DNA of 64,000 bases from assembly GCA_004764695.1 (NCBI GenBank), contig SMSO01000025.1, forward strand, positions 1,178,001 to 1,242,000, written 5' to 3'. Under the pieces are notes generated by a model. The model worked only from the letters and a program-made list of their open reading frames with translations. It was not told where the DNA came from and did no database searches. Of the stretch, positions 35,817-47,600 are shown one piece after another. The translations under genes and the position numbers were made by a program. Each line of letters starts with the position of its first letter. Position 1 is the stretch's first letter. Origin of the DNA: Schizochytrium sp. TIO01. Lineage: Eukaryota; Protista; Bigyra: Labyrinthulomycetes.

Positions 35817-38800
35817 TTACAGTTGGTATGATTCGCCATCATCTTCATCTTTTGCCGCTGGAGGGTAAAAGTTTTGATCTCCAGGGTGCAGAATAATGCT
35901 CTTGGAGCGTTTAATTCGCGGCTTTGGTGCTTGAATAACGTGCTGCTTGCGATGAGTCTTTGATTCTTCGAAATCAGATTCTTGAAATTCATCCTTCTGC
36001 TCCTCCTCAACAATACTGACACGCGGAATTCGCATCGAGCTACTCTCTCGCATCGAGCTGTTCTCTGTACCTGAAATTCGCTTGCCAGAGTTGTTATTTA
36101 TATCTTGGTCGGTGACAGACTTTCGAGACATTCGGCGTGTTAATGGATCAATTTGGAGATTTTGCTGGCTGGCTTGCGGGGCAAGAATTCCCGGATTATA
36201 CGTCCAAACAGAGACCTTCTGCATATCCCAAATTCCGTCCCAACTCTCTTCAGGAGGATTCTCGATAAGGAACTCGCAACGTTCCTCGAAGAGACACGCG
36301 GGGCCATCACCAAGGTCAGCCGCCTCATTAAAGTGCTGCAGTGCCTCTTTCACATCGCGGCTGCGGTAAGCTTTCAAACCCATGTTATAGGCATGCAAAG
36401 CACGAACTTGACGATCAGTAAAGGCATTATTCAAAGTATGGCCGGCACCAATAATCTCAAATAGCTGCGTCTGGTCGTCCTTTCCAGCAACTCGGACACG
36501 ATCGACTTCGCGCAAATAGATCACCTCTTTCTCTCCGTCTGCACTCTCAATAAGATCTGCGCTCCCATCAACAATACATACAGGACAGCCACTATCCTTA
36601 ATATCTTCGAATGTAGCCGCACTCACCAAATTAGTGACCGAAAATTCTTTGGTCGAAGATTCTAAGCGCGATGCAACGTTCACTGCATCACCGATGACTG
36701 TATACTCGAAACGGTTCTCTGAGCCAATATTTCCGCAAAAAACTTCGCCCGTACTTACGCCAACCCCAATCTTGATGACTGGCTTGCCTTGAGCCCGCCT
36801 TGGCGCATTGAACTCCTTCAACGCTATCTCCATCGCTTTTGCAGCCATGCAGGCATTGTAAGCATCCTGGCTACTCTGCTTGGGAACTCCAAATACTGCC
36901 ATTAAAGCATCGCCAATGAATTTATCTACAATCCCTCCGTGTCGCGTAATGACTTCGACCATACAACTGAAGTACTCATTTAATGTAGCGAAAACCTCCT
37001 TGGCACCAACTTTCTCACTAAACGTAGTGAATCCTCGAATATCGGAAAACAAAATTGATACCTTTTGTCTACTCCCACCAAGTTTGAGCTGGCCATCATG
37101 CAGTAAGTGATCGACCACATCAGGTGCCAGGTACTTGTTCAACGTATTCCGAAGTTTTTGTTCGGGTGTTTTATCATCAATGCATAAAACAGCTCCGATG
37201 ACTTCGCTGTCTGTAGCATTTTTGCTTCCATAGTTCGAGCAAGGGGCTCCAGCTTGAGTGTCTGTAAGATCTGTGTCCTCTACACTAGCACTATCAGCAA
37301 CAAACAATGATCTGTTGGAGCCGAAATTGTCCCAAATCTTGGATAATTTTTGGTTGGCTAGCATTGGCGGTTTACCTCCGGCAGCCATTGGGGAAGGCTC
37401 GGAAAATCGTTTGACAACATCATTTTGCATGTTGCCAAGCTCTTCTTGGGCATTTATGAGTTTACTTAAGCTGTTACCCATGCCAAACATTGGGTTCACG
37501 GAATAGTTCACAACATGGCCACCAGCAGCCATGGGGTACTCTGAACGTGTCACGTTCAGGTTTCTCGCTTGGCGCTCGTCTTTAATAGCTTCTTGGAGCA
37601 CTCTTTGGATATCATTAATCATTGACTCTTCAGGCAGCCATTCCAGGACCTTTGTCGTTCGCATGACTTGAGTAGGGATGTCTGTGCCAAAAAGCTGGTT
37701 GAGTTCGGTGCTACTTCGATTACAACCCATCAAAAACCCTTCTTTATCAACTGTAATAACAAGCTCGGAGACATTCTCAAGTACACATTTCAAACGATGC
37801 CGAGCGATGAAAGACTTAGAAAACAACTCCGTATTTGCAATAGCTACGCTCATCATTGAAAACATGCCGCTCAGTAGCTGTTCGTCCTCCTTATTAAATT
37901 CAACATGTTTAATCGCCGCGCCATACACAACACTTCCACGACGAAGCATGTCATTGTTGTGAACGCGAAAGTCACCAGTAAGAGATGCTGCACCAGTCCG
38001 ATTCTTGGAAATATGATTTTCCGTACGCATTTGGTTATTTGAAATAAGCTCTCGACCTTTGCCAGAGTGCGCCATTGACATGGATTTATTAGAATCCAAA
38101 ATCGATGTTTTCGATGATGTGGATGACCAGTATGTTTCATCTGCTGCCGCGTTCCTAGGCGTAATCCCAATGCCTGTGTTTGGAGGGTGTTCCTCCTCGG
38201 GGGATTTCTTGTTAATGAGTTGAACTACTGCGATAACTGCTCCTTCGGAGTTCTTGATTGCTCCACATAAAATAGTATGCGTACGATATTCAGTTTTAAT
38301 GTCTACGTCCTTGTTGAATCGCTCATCTTCGTACGCATCTTTGACATTAACGAGCTCCCCAGTCCGTGCAACGTAACCCAGGATACCCTTGTCCATAGGT
38401 AGACGAACAATGTCATCATTATTTGAGACTTTAAGCCACTCTTTCGAAGAGCTTGTTGCAACTGTCCAGAGTGTCTTTGCCTCAGGATCAACAAAAAATA
38501 GGGAACACCTATCTACCATAAAGGTCATCTGGAGTTTACGCACGACAGTCCAAACAAGTGAGCGGATATCCAAGGTCGCACCCAGCGCCACAGCAATATC
38601 TAAAATAGCCTCCTTCCGTCGACGTTCATTAAACTCTCGTTCACGGAGCTCCACATGCATCATATATCCAGCTACAATGCTACTTGAAGACTCAAGAAGG
38701 ACGACATCATCAGAAGTGAAGGGCACAACTGCCTTGCCTTCATCGCGTTTGTTGATCACCTGAATGACTCCAATGACATGCATTCTTCCCTTTTCACGGT

Positions 38801-39647
38801 GTTTTTCAGGGAGAATCCGATTTAAGTCCTGCTGGTGAACAGTCTCCAGGTCAAGGGATGTAAAACCTCGACCAAGACGTACCGGGGCCTTCGGATCAAT
38901 GTATCCTATTGGAATTGTGAGCACTGATATCGCAGCTGCATCTGTACTGCTGTTCTCATACTCCATACCAAACCTCTCATCAAGCTTAATGTCCGGAATA
39001 TTAATACATTGTCCTGTTGTAGCGACGTGCCCAGCAAGACCTTGGTTCATAGGGATTGGCATAGAAATTACATCTGCAGCATTATCCCCTTTATCAAAGC
39101 TTCGTTTTCCAGAGCTAGCATTACCCTTGGTTTGCCCGCGAGAAACCTGCATTCGTAGACACTTTTGCTCTGGGTCCACAACGTACAAGATCGCTCGGTC
39201 AGCTTCTACAAGCTGCGACAGAGTGCGAATAATGTATGCATATTGGCTCTTACGATCGTACCGCTTAGAGAGTTCTCGCGCAAGGCGGTTCACCTGCCAA
39301 AGTCTTCGAAGCTGAAGCACAGACTCTCGCGCGATATTGCAAAGTTCATCAGGGTTATCCTTGTTATCTGCCAAGTAGTTTTCTAGCTGAGCTGGGTCGT
39401 AGGTCGTAGTAACATCCGTCAAAAACTCTCCAGGATTTCTCGGAGTCCTCATTGAAGATTGTGACTCAACATCATCGTCGTGGCGTCCACTGGAGCTGCT
39501 TCTCAATGGCTCAAGCTTTTTGCTAGATGGCATGAGATTATGTATTTCATTGTGTTCTCCTCCTTGGCGATTATCATTAATCTCTTCAAGGTAGCGTTTA
39601 CTGGCGAGCGGCGCCGTCGATGACTTCGACGAGGCGCCTGCCCCCAT
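35817..39647 (-). CDS. Class III adenylate cyclase, GAF-GAF-PAS-cyclase-TPR-like tail (cyanobacterial CyaB-like architecture)
   Basis: ATG at 39647 (MGAGASS). Two GAF domains (ADRAILYVVD..GLAGHVATTG..INK..FTSDD; VDRCSLFFVD..GILGYVARTGE..DAYEDERFN..INK..FNKEDE), then a PAS-like segment, then cyclase motifs LFSDIRGFT, DKFIGDALM, GNIGS, YTVIGDAVNVASRLE, VAGK, and the tail PPEESWDGIW. Confidence 0.93.
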   Translation of the reverse strand: MGAGASSKSSTAPLASKRYLEEINDNRQGGEHNEIHNLMPSSKKLEPLRSSSSGRHDDDVESQSSMRTPRNPGEFLTDVTTTYDPAQLENYLADNKDNPDELCNIARESVLQLRRLWQVNRLARELSKRYDRKSQYAYIIRTLSQLVEADRAILYVVDPEQKCLRMQVSRGQTKGNASSGKRSFDKGDNAADVISMPIPMNQGLAGHVATTGQCINIPDIKLDERFGMEYENSSTDAAAISVLTIPIGYIDPKAPVRLGRGFTSLDLETVHQQDLNRILPEKHREKGRMHVIGVIQVINKRDEGKAVVPFTSDDVVLLESSSSIVAGYMMHVELREREFNERRRKEAILDIAVALGATLDIRSLVWTVVRKLQMTFMVDRCSLFFVDPEAKTLWTVATSSSKEWLKVSNNDDIVRLPMDKGILGYVARTGELVNVKDAYEDERFNKDVDIKTEYRTHTILCGAIKNSEGAVIAVVQLINKKSPEEEHPPNTGIGITPRNAAADETYWSSTSSKTSILDSNKSMSMAHSGKGRELISNNQMRTENHISKNRTGAASLTGDFRVHNNDMLRRGSVVYGAAIKHVEFNKEDEQLLSGMFSMMSVAIANTELFSKSFIARHRLKCVLENVSELVITVDKEGFLMGCNRSSTELNQLFGTDIPTQVMRTTKVLEWLPEESMINDIQRVLQEAIKDERQARNLNVTRSEYPMAAGGHVVNYSVNPMFGMGNSLSKLINAQEELGNMQNDVVKRFSEPSPMAAGGKPPMLANQKLSKIWDNFGSNRSLFVADSASVEDTDLTDTQAGAPCSNYGSKNATDSEVIGAVLCIDDKTPEQKLRNTLNKYLAPDVVDHLLHDGQLKLGGSRQKVSILFSDIRGFTTFSEKVGAKEVFATLNEYFSCMVEVITRHGGIVDKFIGDALMAVFGVPKQSSQDAYNACMAAKAMEIALKEFNAPRRAQGKPVIKIGVGVSTGEVFCGNIGSENRFEYTVIGDAVNVASRLESSTKEFSVTNLVSAATFEDIKDSGCPVCIVDGSADLIESADGEKEVIYLREVDRVRVAGKDDQTQLFEIIGAGHTLNNAFTDRQVRALHAYNMGLKAYRSRDVKEALQHFNEAADLGDGPACLFEERCEFLIENPPEESWDGIWDMQKVSVWTYNPGILAPQASQQNLQIDPLTRRMSRKSVTDQDINNNSGKRISGTENSSMRESSSMRIPRVSIVEEEQKDEFQESDFEESKTHRKQHVIQAPKPRIKRSKSIILHPGDQNFYPPAAKDEDDGESYQL

Positions 39648-41668
39648 TCTCTCCCAAAACTTTGCCTGCAAACAAGCTGCTTAAGCGATTGCTTGATGAA
39701 AATACGCACTTGCCAATCAATCCTAGATGTCTGCTTTGAAAAGTACACTGCACCGGGCAGTTAAAACCTGCTGTCTCCGTACTGTATGAAGTGCATCTCT
39801 TTAGTGAGAAAATAATGCCATTGTGTTCTCAACGCTATTGTACTCCCCTTTTGTAATTTAAAGATATCCTTGCTTATCTAGCTATACTATCTACCTACCC
39901 AAGAGTGAGAGGACTCGGGGAACTGAGAACCTCAACTTTTTTGCGCGCACCCCTCCATAACCGCTCCTTTGAAAGTGCCAAAAGAAGACTATTGAGTTTA
40001 CATTTCAAGTCTCGCTCATAGAATCTTGTAGCATCAGAAACTTGATGTGTTCGAATGCATTTGTAAACCATGACTTCAGCGTAGTGAACGGGCATTGTCA
40101 AGCTATAGAGTAAATATTCTCCCATGGAGGTACCTGGAGGTAACTTGATACCTTGCTTTGCTCCAACCTTTTATAGAATAATAGCAAAATGATGAAAAGT
40201 TTTTATCCAGAAAGAAAGTATCTGACTGATCTGGTACTTTTGTTGTTGCTTAATTTTTAATTTTTAATGTTTTAATTAAAAATATGAAAAAATGAAAAAA
40301 TAAATTTAAAAAATACACCCTCCACATAAGCCGTCTCCATAAAAGCATTCGCAGCATATTGGCGTTTCTGCTCACGTGTAATAATTGTGATACCGAAACC
40401 AAAAAGAGTTAAGGAAAGATAAATATAAAAATACGTTTTGAGACACTTTGAGCAGTCGCGACGTCAACACTGAGAATCGTTCATTAAAATATCAAGAAAA
40501 CATCAAAAAAGCACACGCAAAAGTAGCCGCAACCTTTATAGTACTGGTTATGCCAAAATAATTTATTATACTGAGGAGACAAAAAAACAACCAACTTACA
40601 ACACCTTGAAGCTTGACTCTTTCCAGTGCGTCCGTAGAATCTTTTTTTGCTTTCTCAAGTCTTGTTTAACGTAGACAGTGTAAGTTGTACAACCCAAACT
40701 TCAGCTTTACAGAATCTAATACATATATATATATAATAAAAAACAAGGTTAATTTCACTAAACAAAGCAAATGCAAGTTCTGTTGTAGCCACAGCCAAGT
40801 GATAGATAACTCCTTCGAATCAAAACGTGCGTATTCCGTCAATCTAAGAGTTTAAAGGTCAGTGCATCATTCTCGACACTATCAACACGTTATCCAAGAC
40901 ACATCTTACGAAATATCGCAAGAAAAAAGAAACTAAAGCGAGTTTCTTACCACGTCTCAAACGCGAAGACTTTCCATTTTAACTACCAGAAGGTCCTTCC
41001 TTAACTAAAGTTTCCTTCTCCTGCGTTCCTTCACGGTTCAACGGATCTTCTTCAAAGATAGTAGCTATACATTATTGTAAGATGAATCAAGAAAGGGTCC
41101 GAACATAGATAAGTGATGGGTGGCGATTGCCGTCTAACCAAGCAAGTGTGTGGCTTAGAATAGGACCCTTCATTTGCATGTTGCGTTCTATGTAGCACAA
41201 ACTTGTAGAAGAAGAGTATTTTTTTTTAAAATTTAAAATAACGGATAAATAAAGAGTTAAAATTTCTATTATCCTAACCTTTTGCATGATTATGAGAAGC
41301 TTTCCAGGAATCAAAAAAGTGTAATTCCAGAAGATAATGACTGATGATGAGCACGGTAGTAGCCTCGTTCCGGAACGCATAAAAACAAAATGAAGAAAAA
41401 GTGAGTTATCATCATATACGAAGACACCAATTTACCACGTTTCCATCAAATTGTTTTTATTTGTAAAACAAAATCAAGCCCTAACAGTGGGAAGCCTAGA
41501 TTTTCTCATTTCGATCGATCATTCAGCCACATTGATCATAATATAAAAGAAGTAACGCCTGTCAGACAATGGTTGACTTCTTCTAAGGAAACACGAAGAC
41601 CTGACTGGAAAAATAAAAGACTTGAGTAACTTCCTCTTTCAGGAAACCTTTCACAACGATGTGGGAGT

Positions 41669-43855
41669 CTAATCAAAATCGTCAAAATCTGCGTCATCAG
41701 TAGTGGCCGCAGGGGCAGGGGCGTGTAGATTATCAGTACCTGTTTCGGCAGCCTTGGCTTCTTGGAGAAACTCGAGGGCATCTTTTGGCGAGACATCATC
41801 AACGGCCACAGAATCATCGCTTGAAATAAGCGTCAATTCTGCATCAACTATTCTTTTCCATAAATCTTGCGGTGCAGTTGACTTCGTGCTGCGCAGGAAT
41901 AAGTTGAATTCTTCTTCAGTACTTGCCCGTAGAGATCCCTTTCTTAAAGTTAACATGCACTGGACGGCCTTGGGATAAAATTCCTCTCCTCCATCTGGAC
42001 CGAGAAGAGTTTCAATTTGGCCCACCATACCGCGAAAAGCAGGTATGGAAAGATCCTTGTCTTTACGATCTAGCATATGGTTATAATCGTTTTCAGGATT
42101 GACGCTTCCAACTTGATCAACCAAATCTTTACTACTGAACCAATCTCCCGAAGAGGTCCCAACATTAGTATCTGTGACCATGCCAATTGCAGCAGGTTCC
42201 GGGGGAGCTGATAAAGTTGCCTCTACCGTGCCACCCGAGATAGAGTCACCAAGACGCGCCCTTTTTGACTTTGACCCTCCTTCATCTAGATGTTCTAGTT
42301 GAAAGAGTGCTTTAACTTTGTCAATCTGGGGTTGGCATGCTTCCAGGATTTGAGCATCAGGTTTGTATAGCTTTGTGACTTCAGGGTCTTCCTGCGGCAG
42401 GGCAGAATCTGGAGCTTTGGAACGTTCATAGAGTAATTTATAAAGTCGCTCTAGAAAAGGGTTCAACGTGTCTTCGGGACGAAAAAGCTCCCTTTTGAGC
42501 CCGTGCGAACTCTCGCCTTCCAGTTTCACATTTGAGCTCAAGTCCATTTTGGTCACAAGATCGTCAACAGCTGCAAGCTGCTCGCTTGATGGAGTAAGAG
42601 ATGGCAACTTGATTGTACCAAATGAAAATTCTCTTGTGTCTTGTTCAAACGGGAGCTCACGTGTAAATAGGCACGTATAGCCCTCCATCTCGTCTTTATA
42701 AGGGATTAATGCAACGATCACCATGTTGCCTCTCTCCCTCGGAACAAATCGAGCAATTGCAACACGTTTCATCTCCAAAAGGGCCTCGACCCAGGCTTCG
42801 AACCCAAGATTGGAGTTTGGTTGGCCTGGCATTGCTTCAATGATATAAACTGAGCCCATGTTCATCCACAGCGGGACTTTTTCTTGTCTCAAGTACCCTA
42901 GCACAGACAATTCCTTTTTCGTTTCGTAAATGGCCATTTCAGCATCATGGCCACTGATCGGGACAACTTCGCGACCATATCGATAGCCTTCGGCAATATG
43001 ATCAGGGGAGACGTCCGTATCGGGGTCATCCGGAAGCGTGTATGATATTTGTCGCGATACTTGAGCCTTGTTAACATTAGTGACAGCATCTTTGTCTTGC
43101 TCAGTCACAATTTTCGAGACCTTTTTCAACGTTGGCGCTGATTCTGGCCTCGTTTTGGTGAATGCTTGCACATGGAAACCAGCACTCTGATTGAGTATAT
43201 TCAGCGGGCCTCTATACGCAGCAACCTGTCCTTTTGACCCAACATGTTCTTTGCACAGGTCTGCCCTGGCTTTGCTTGGTGTTAAGAGTGTGCAAATATT
43301 GGGCATAGACGCCACAAAGCTTTTCAGTTCGGTTTCATCACCAGCAATCTCATTGCCTTCTGCATCAAGTTGGACAAAATCCATTTTCAGTTCGGGGCAT
43401 GCATTGATCTCATCTATAGATGATTTTAGGGTCTCTAGGTCTGCCGAATCCTTTGATGTCATGACCACGATCTTACGAGCATACTTGTTTTTCTTAGTTC
43501 TTTTCATAATGATTTGTCTCGCTACCCGAATCGCGCTGCCAAGATCGCCTTTAGGCTGCGAGCTGGCGGTTAGGAATGGATCATTGCTAGCAAGCGAGAG
43601 GGTCTCCACACGGCATGCGCCAATGTCTTGAACAACCACAATATTCTCGCACCCGCCGTACTCTCTATATTCGTCGTTGTCGCTCTCGTCGGTGCCACAG
43701 GCGATGAGAGCGACCTCATCTCCAGCTTTACCTTCACGCAGAACGTTGCTCAAGTATCCCTGAGTGAGCTCTCGGGCTCGAGCAAGAAGTCCATCGCATC
43801 CGTTCGGCTCGCTCACGTCGAGCACAAGCGCTAGCGCGATCTTGGGGCGTGCCAT
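41669..43855 (-). CDS. KU80: Ku80 NHEJ DNA end-binding subunit
   Basis: N-terminal vWA domain (LVLDVS...GTDESDN), Ku core (EGYRYGREVVP, VAIARFVPR, ELPFEQDTREFSF, PEDTLNPFLERL), and Ku80 C-terminal domain (VGSVNPENDY, YPKAVQCMLTLR, LTLISSDDS). ATG at 43855. Confidence 0.93.
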   Translation of the reverse strand: MARPKIALALVLDVSEPNGCDGLLARARELTQGYLSNVLREGKAGDEVALIACGTDESDNDEYREYGGCENIVVVQDIGACRVETLSLASNDPFLTASSQPKGDLGSAIRVARQIIMKRTKKNKYARKIVVMTSKDSADLETLKSSIDEINACPELKMDFVQLDAEGNEIAGDETELKSFVASMPNICTLLTPSKARADLCKEHVGSKGQVAAYRGPLNILNQSAGFHVQAFTKTRPESAPTLKKVSKIVTEQDKDAVTNVNKAQVSRQISYTLPDDPDTDVSPDHIAEGYRYGREVVPISGHDAEMAIYETKKELSVLGYLRQEKVPLWMNMGSVYIIEAMPGQPNSNLGFEAWVEALLEMKRVAIARFVPRERGNMVIVALIPYKDEMEGYTCLFTRELPFEQDTREFSFGTIKLPSLTPSSEQLAAVDDLVTKMDLSSNVKLEGESSHGLKRELFRPEDTLNPFLERLYKLLYERSKAPDSALPQEDPEVTKLYKPDAQILEACQPQIDKVKALFQLEHLDEGGSKSKRARLGDSISGGTVEATLSAPPEPAAIGMVTDTNVGTSSGDWFSSKDLVDQVGSVNPENDYNHMLDRKDKDLSIPAFRGMVGQIETLLGPDGGEEFYPKAVQCMLTLRKGSLRASTEEEFNLFLRSTKSTAPQDLWKRIVDAELTLISSDDSVAVDDVSPKDALEFLQEAKAAETGTDNLHAPAPAATTDDADFDDFD

Positions 43856-44681
43856 AATGGTGGCGTCCAAAAGGGTTCTGCATGGCGCTTGCAGGTGTTC
43901 TTCATCAAACTGCGACTACCCAATAGATACTGCTAAATAAGTCCCCTTACGAGTAAGTAACCTTACCTACCTATCTATTTTACACCTAGTGCTAATTAAT
44001 AACTCTAGATAATGCTGGACCTGTTTTCGCGATTACTTAGGTAGCAGTTACTAGGCAGATACGTGCTCATTAGTTACAGGTAATAATTTAACTTTCAAGT
44101 CGGGAGAACTCAAGTCAGGAGAATTAGTAAGTGTCGCGCAGGCCCATAAGGTGTCTCATATTCAGGTTGCAACCATGATCAAGCGTATCTGATTGCGAAC
44201 ACCAGAAGCAAGGAAAGCATTATACGTCAAGACATTTTTTCTGCAGCTGCATAGGTTGGTAGGTTAGTAGGTATGTAGGTACTTATATTCTTATCTTGAG
44301 GTTTTAGAATAAGGACAACTTGATCAAGTCAGCGCTTTGTAAAACCAAGGTTCCCAAAGCTCAAGACTATTTGTGAAACAAATGACAGGGGAAAAGAAAT
44401 CTCGTTCACATTTTTTTTTCTATATATAATTTCATAGAAATGAAGAAATTCACAAGAGGTGAAGTGAAATAAGGTCACATTCGATGCAATGAAAGTAGTA
44501 TGTAAAATTTGAAGAGACGAAAAAGGACAAAACTTCGATGGAGCAGCAGTCAGTGTGTCACAGGTGTGGCTTTTGAACTCTGGGCAGTATGCAGTAGTAT
44601 ATAAGACGTAAAAAAAAGTCGCTGTAAATGAAATTGAGAAAAAGGTCATCGTAGGTAATTGTAAAGTAGTAGTCACGGTGT

Positions 44682-47600
44682 TCAAGGTTCAAGGGTAGCG
44701 TGTTGATTAACGCGGCCCATTTCAAGATAGTTGCCAGTTTGCATATCTTGCACTTCGAGGATGACAATACTGTGTAGCATTTTGCGATCACGGCTAACCC
44801 AGTTGATGCGAGTGACTCGTTGGTCACCGATCATGTGGGTAAGGATGATTTTGTGGTCCTCAATCCATGCACGATAGGTCCATCCCTGGGAGAGCTGAGA
44901 GAAGGGTGCTGGGAGACTTATACCCCAAGCATGCTCCTCGCCATCTAGCACAAAGCGTAAGATTGTGTTTGAAATCCACTTGCGATTGAGACGGGTCACC
45001 ATGTTCAGACCAACAATCTCAATCTCATATCGGGACTCCATAAATTCAAACATTTTACTTAAAATCCAAGGCGTGCCCATTTTAACTCGTAGCTCCTGCA
45101 TGAGATTCTCCGACACCTCGGTCTGCCTCCATCGACCTTGGATATTGGGGATTCGGACGTTGCCTGGTCCTTCCAGATAAAGCGGCTGGTCCGGACTAGC
45201 ACTATAACTTCCTGTACTTGCAGATGAGCTAGTGGACACGAATGATGTCAGGGCGCCGAACGCGGACCCCAGCAGGGACTGTCTAGGTGTCACAACAGGT
45301 TCTTGTGCATCCAGACTTGGTGATACACTTGATTCTCCCGACATGCGTGTAGGATGTTGCTGTTGGAACTTGTTTACAGCATTGTTGAAGACACGATCAA
45401 ATTCCGAGCGGCTGATGTTCCGGCTCCGTCGATATGACTCTAGATAATCCTGAACCATACGCAAGAAGCCTTGGTAGTCAGGCGCACCGTTGTGAGCTTG
45501 TCGCGTGATATTACCTAGTGCACGTTGGAATTTGGACTCATTACTCAAATACTGTGCAACATCATCAATCATCTGCTCGCTTGTGGTTCGTTTTAGGGGT
45601 CGCGGAAATGGAACATTATCACCAGGAAGAAGACTATTTGTAGAGACACTTGGGTTATGCGATTCAGACTGGACACTGTAGCCATTTTCGATGGTTCCAG
45701 AAGTCCCTGAGGAAGAGTGATATTGCTGAGAGTCGCCATCCTCGTGCTGGGAATGCTTTCGATGTCGTTGCTGGTGCTGTGTGAGATGCGTTTCGCCATT
45801 TTGATGGTGATGCGCAGAACCATGGGCAGGGGGGTAACGAGAGGACTGGGACTGGTGATGAAAGGCAGTAGAATGATTAAGGGACGTTGGTTCAATCGAA
45901 GAATAAGGTGCTCCACCAAAGGAGTCTTCGTTGTTTGCAACGCTGTCAAACATAAAAGGGTCATCCCCAAAATCTGGCATCTTGGTAAAGAGTTCCAATG
46001 CGTCAAGCACGTGAACATTGAAAGCGTCATCAGTGGCTTCATTGTCTTCTTCTGTATCGTTGAGTGGCGCAAGTCCATCAACTATTTCTACAGGATCATG
46101 TATTGCTGAGCTGCCATGAGGGTCGCTTCTAGACGCTACTGTACACGACGAACCTGGCCCTGCAGCCATAGGCGGGATTAGTGGTGGAATTGTCATAACC
46201 ATGGGTCCCATCGAGCTTCGCGCGGTTGGGCCTGGAGCAGACATCGAGGAAGACGAGGCACTCGCGACATCTGAGGCATGCTGTTGTTGTTGCTGCTGCT
46301 GCTGTTGTTGAATGCGGCTCATAATGACCGCTAGGCGCTTAAAGACAGACTCTGCCCTTGAAGAGTCGGCCATTCCTATTCCACCAAGGCGAATAGAACC
46401 AGCCGTGTATGTCGAGCCTTGCGATTCTCGTGATCGATTGGAGTGGTTGGGTAATTTTTGAGCGGCGACTTTTGGAGGCATAGAAGGTACAGATTGAGAA
46501 TGTACAACTCCTTGCATGGATGACTGAACTGGACTCACTTGCGGTGTTAGAGATGACGAAGAAGATGAAGATGCAAGGGCAGTAGGAGCATGATATTTTT
46601 TTCCAGAGGGTAACTTTGATGGACCTACCCGAGAGCTTGGTTGTGGGTACTGGTGTTGATGTCCTTGGGACTGGTGAGATAAGGGTGTAGAAGAGGTGGA
46701 GGAAGAAGAAGAAGAGGCATCCGCGGGATTCTGAGGATTGAGTCTACCAACATTGCCTGAATCTACAAGCGACGAAGAGAGAGAGGTTGAGGACGTCACT
46801 AAAGCAACATTTTCCTCTTCATCGCCATCCTCAACATCCTCATCGTTTCCAAAGTCTTCGTCATCATTTCGCTCCAGACGCTCTCTTTTTACAGTAGCTG
46901 CGTGTTCATTAGCACTTGCTGCAGAACGAGCACGTTTTGTAGGTGCAGATGTAGGTGCAGATGGCATAAGGGTAAATCGGCGACGCCGCCGACAAAACAA
47001 CATGAAGCTTGGTGAGCGCACGATCAGCTTGCAGACATGTTCATTCGGGTCATGCTCGGAAGCCTCGAAAATGTAGCACTGTAATGCATGTTGGGCGTTG
47101 CATGTGTGTTTGTTTGATGCCCAACCATAATGCCATCCCCGACGCTCTCTATTAAATTCAAACGAAGTAGAAGACTCAGTACACTTTTCATCTAGACGCT
47201 CTCCACGGACTAGAGGTTTGATAGGTTCATCCTTACTCCTCTCAAGATCCAACAAAACATCCATAGAAACACGCTCGCCAAGATGATAACGTGGTGGCTC
47301 GTCTGTTCGTACAAATTCTACCCAAGTGTTGAATCGGCTCGAAGATGTTTCTGGAGGATGCGACAAGTCAATTTCCACAGATCGGCCACAGAATCCCTTT
47401 TCTTTGTGTCGAAATCCACATGATGGGAAACACCTCAGGTTCTTAAGTCCACCGCGTTTATTGTTTCGTTGGTATCTTGGTTTAAAAATAGAGTTCTCAA
47501 AGCTTCCGCGCATTCCGCCTGTGCCATTAATACCCCCCTGAGTACCAACCGGACCATGGCGTGTTCGCGGAGCCGTCATCATTTCCATAGTATTTTGTCT

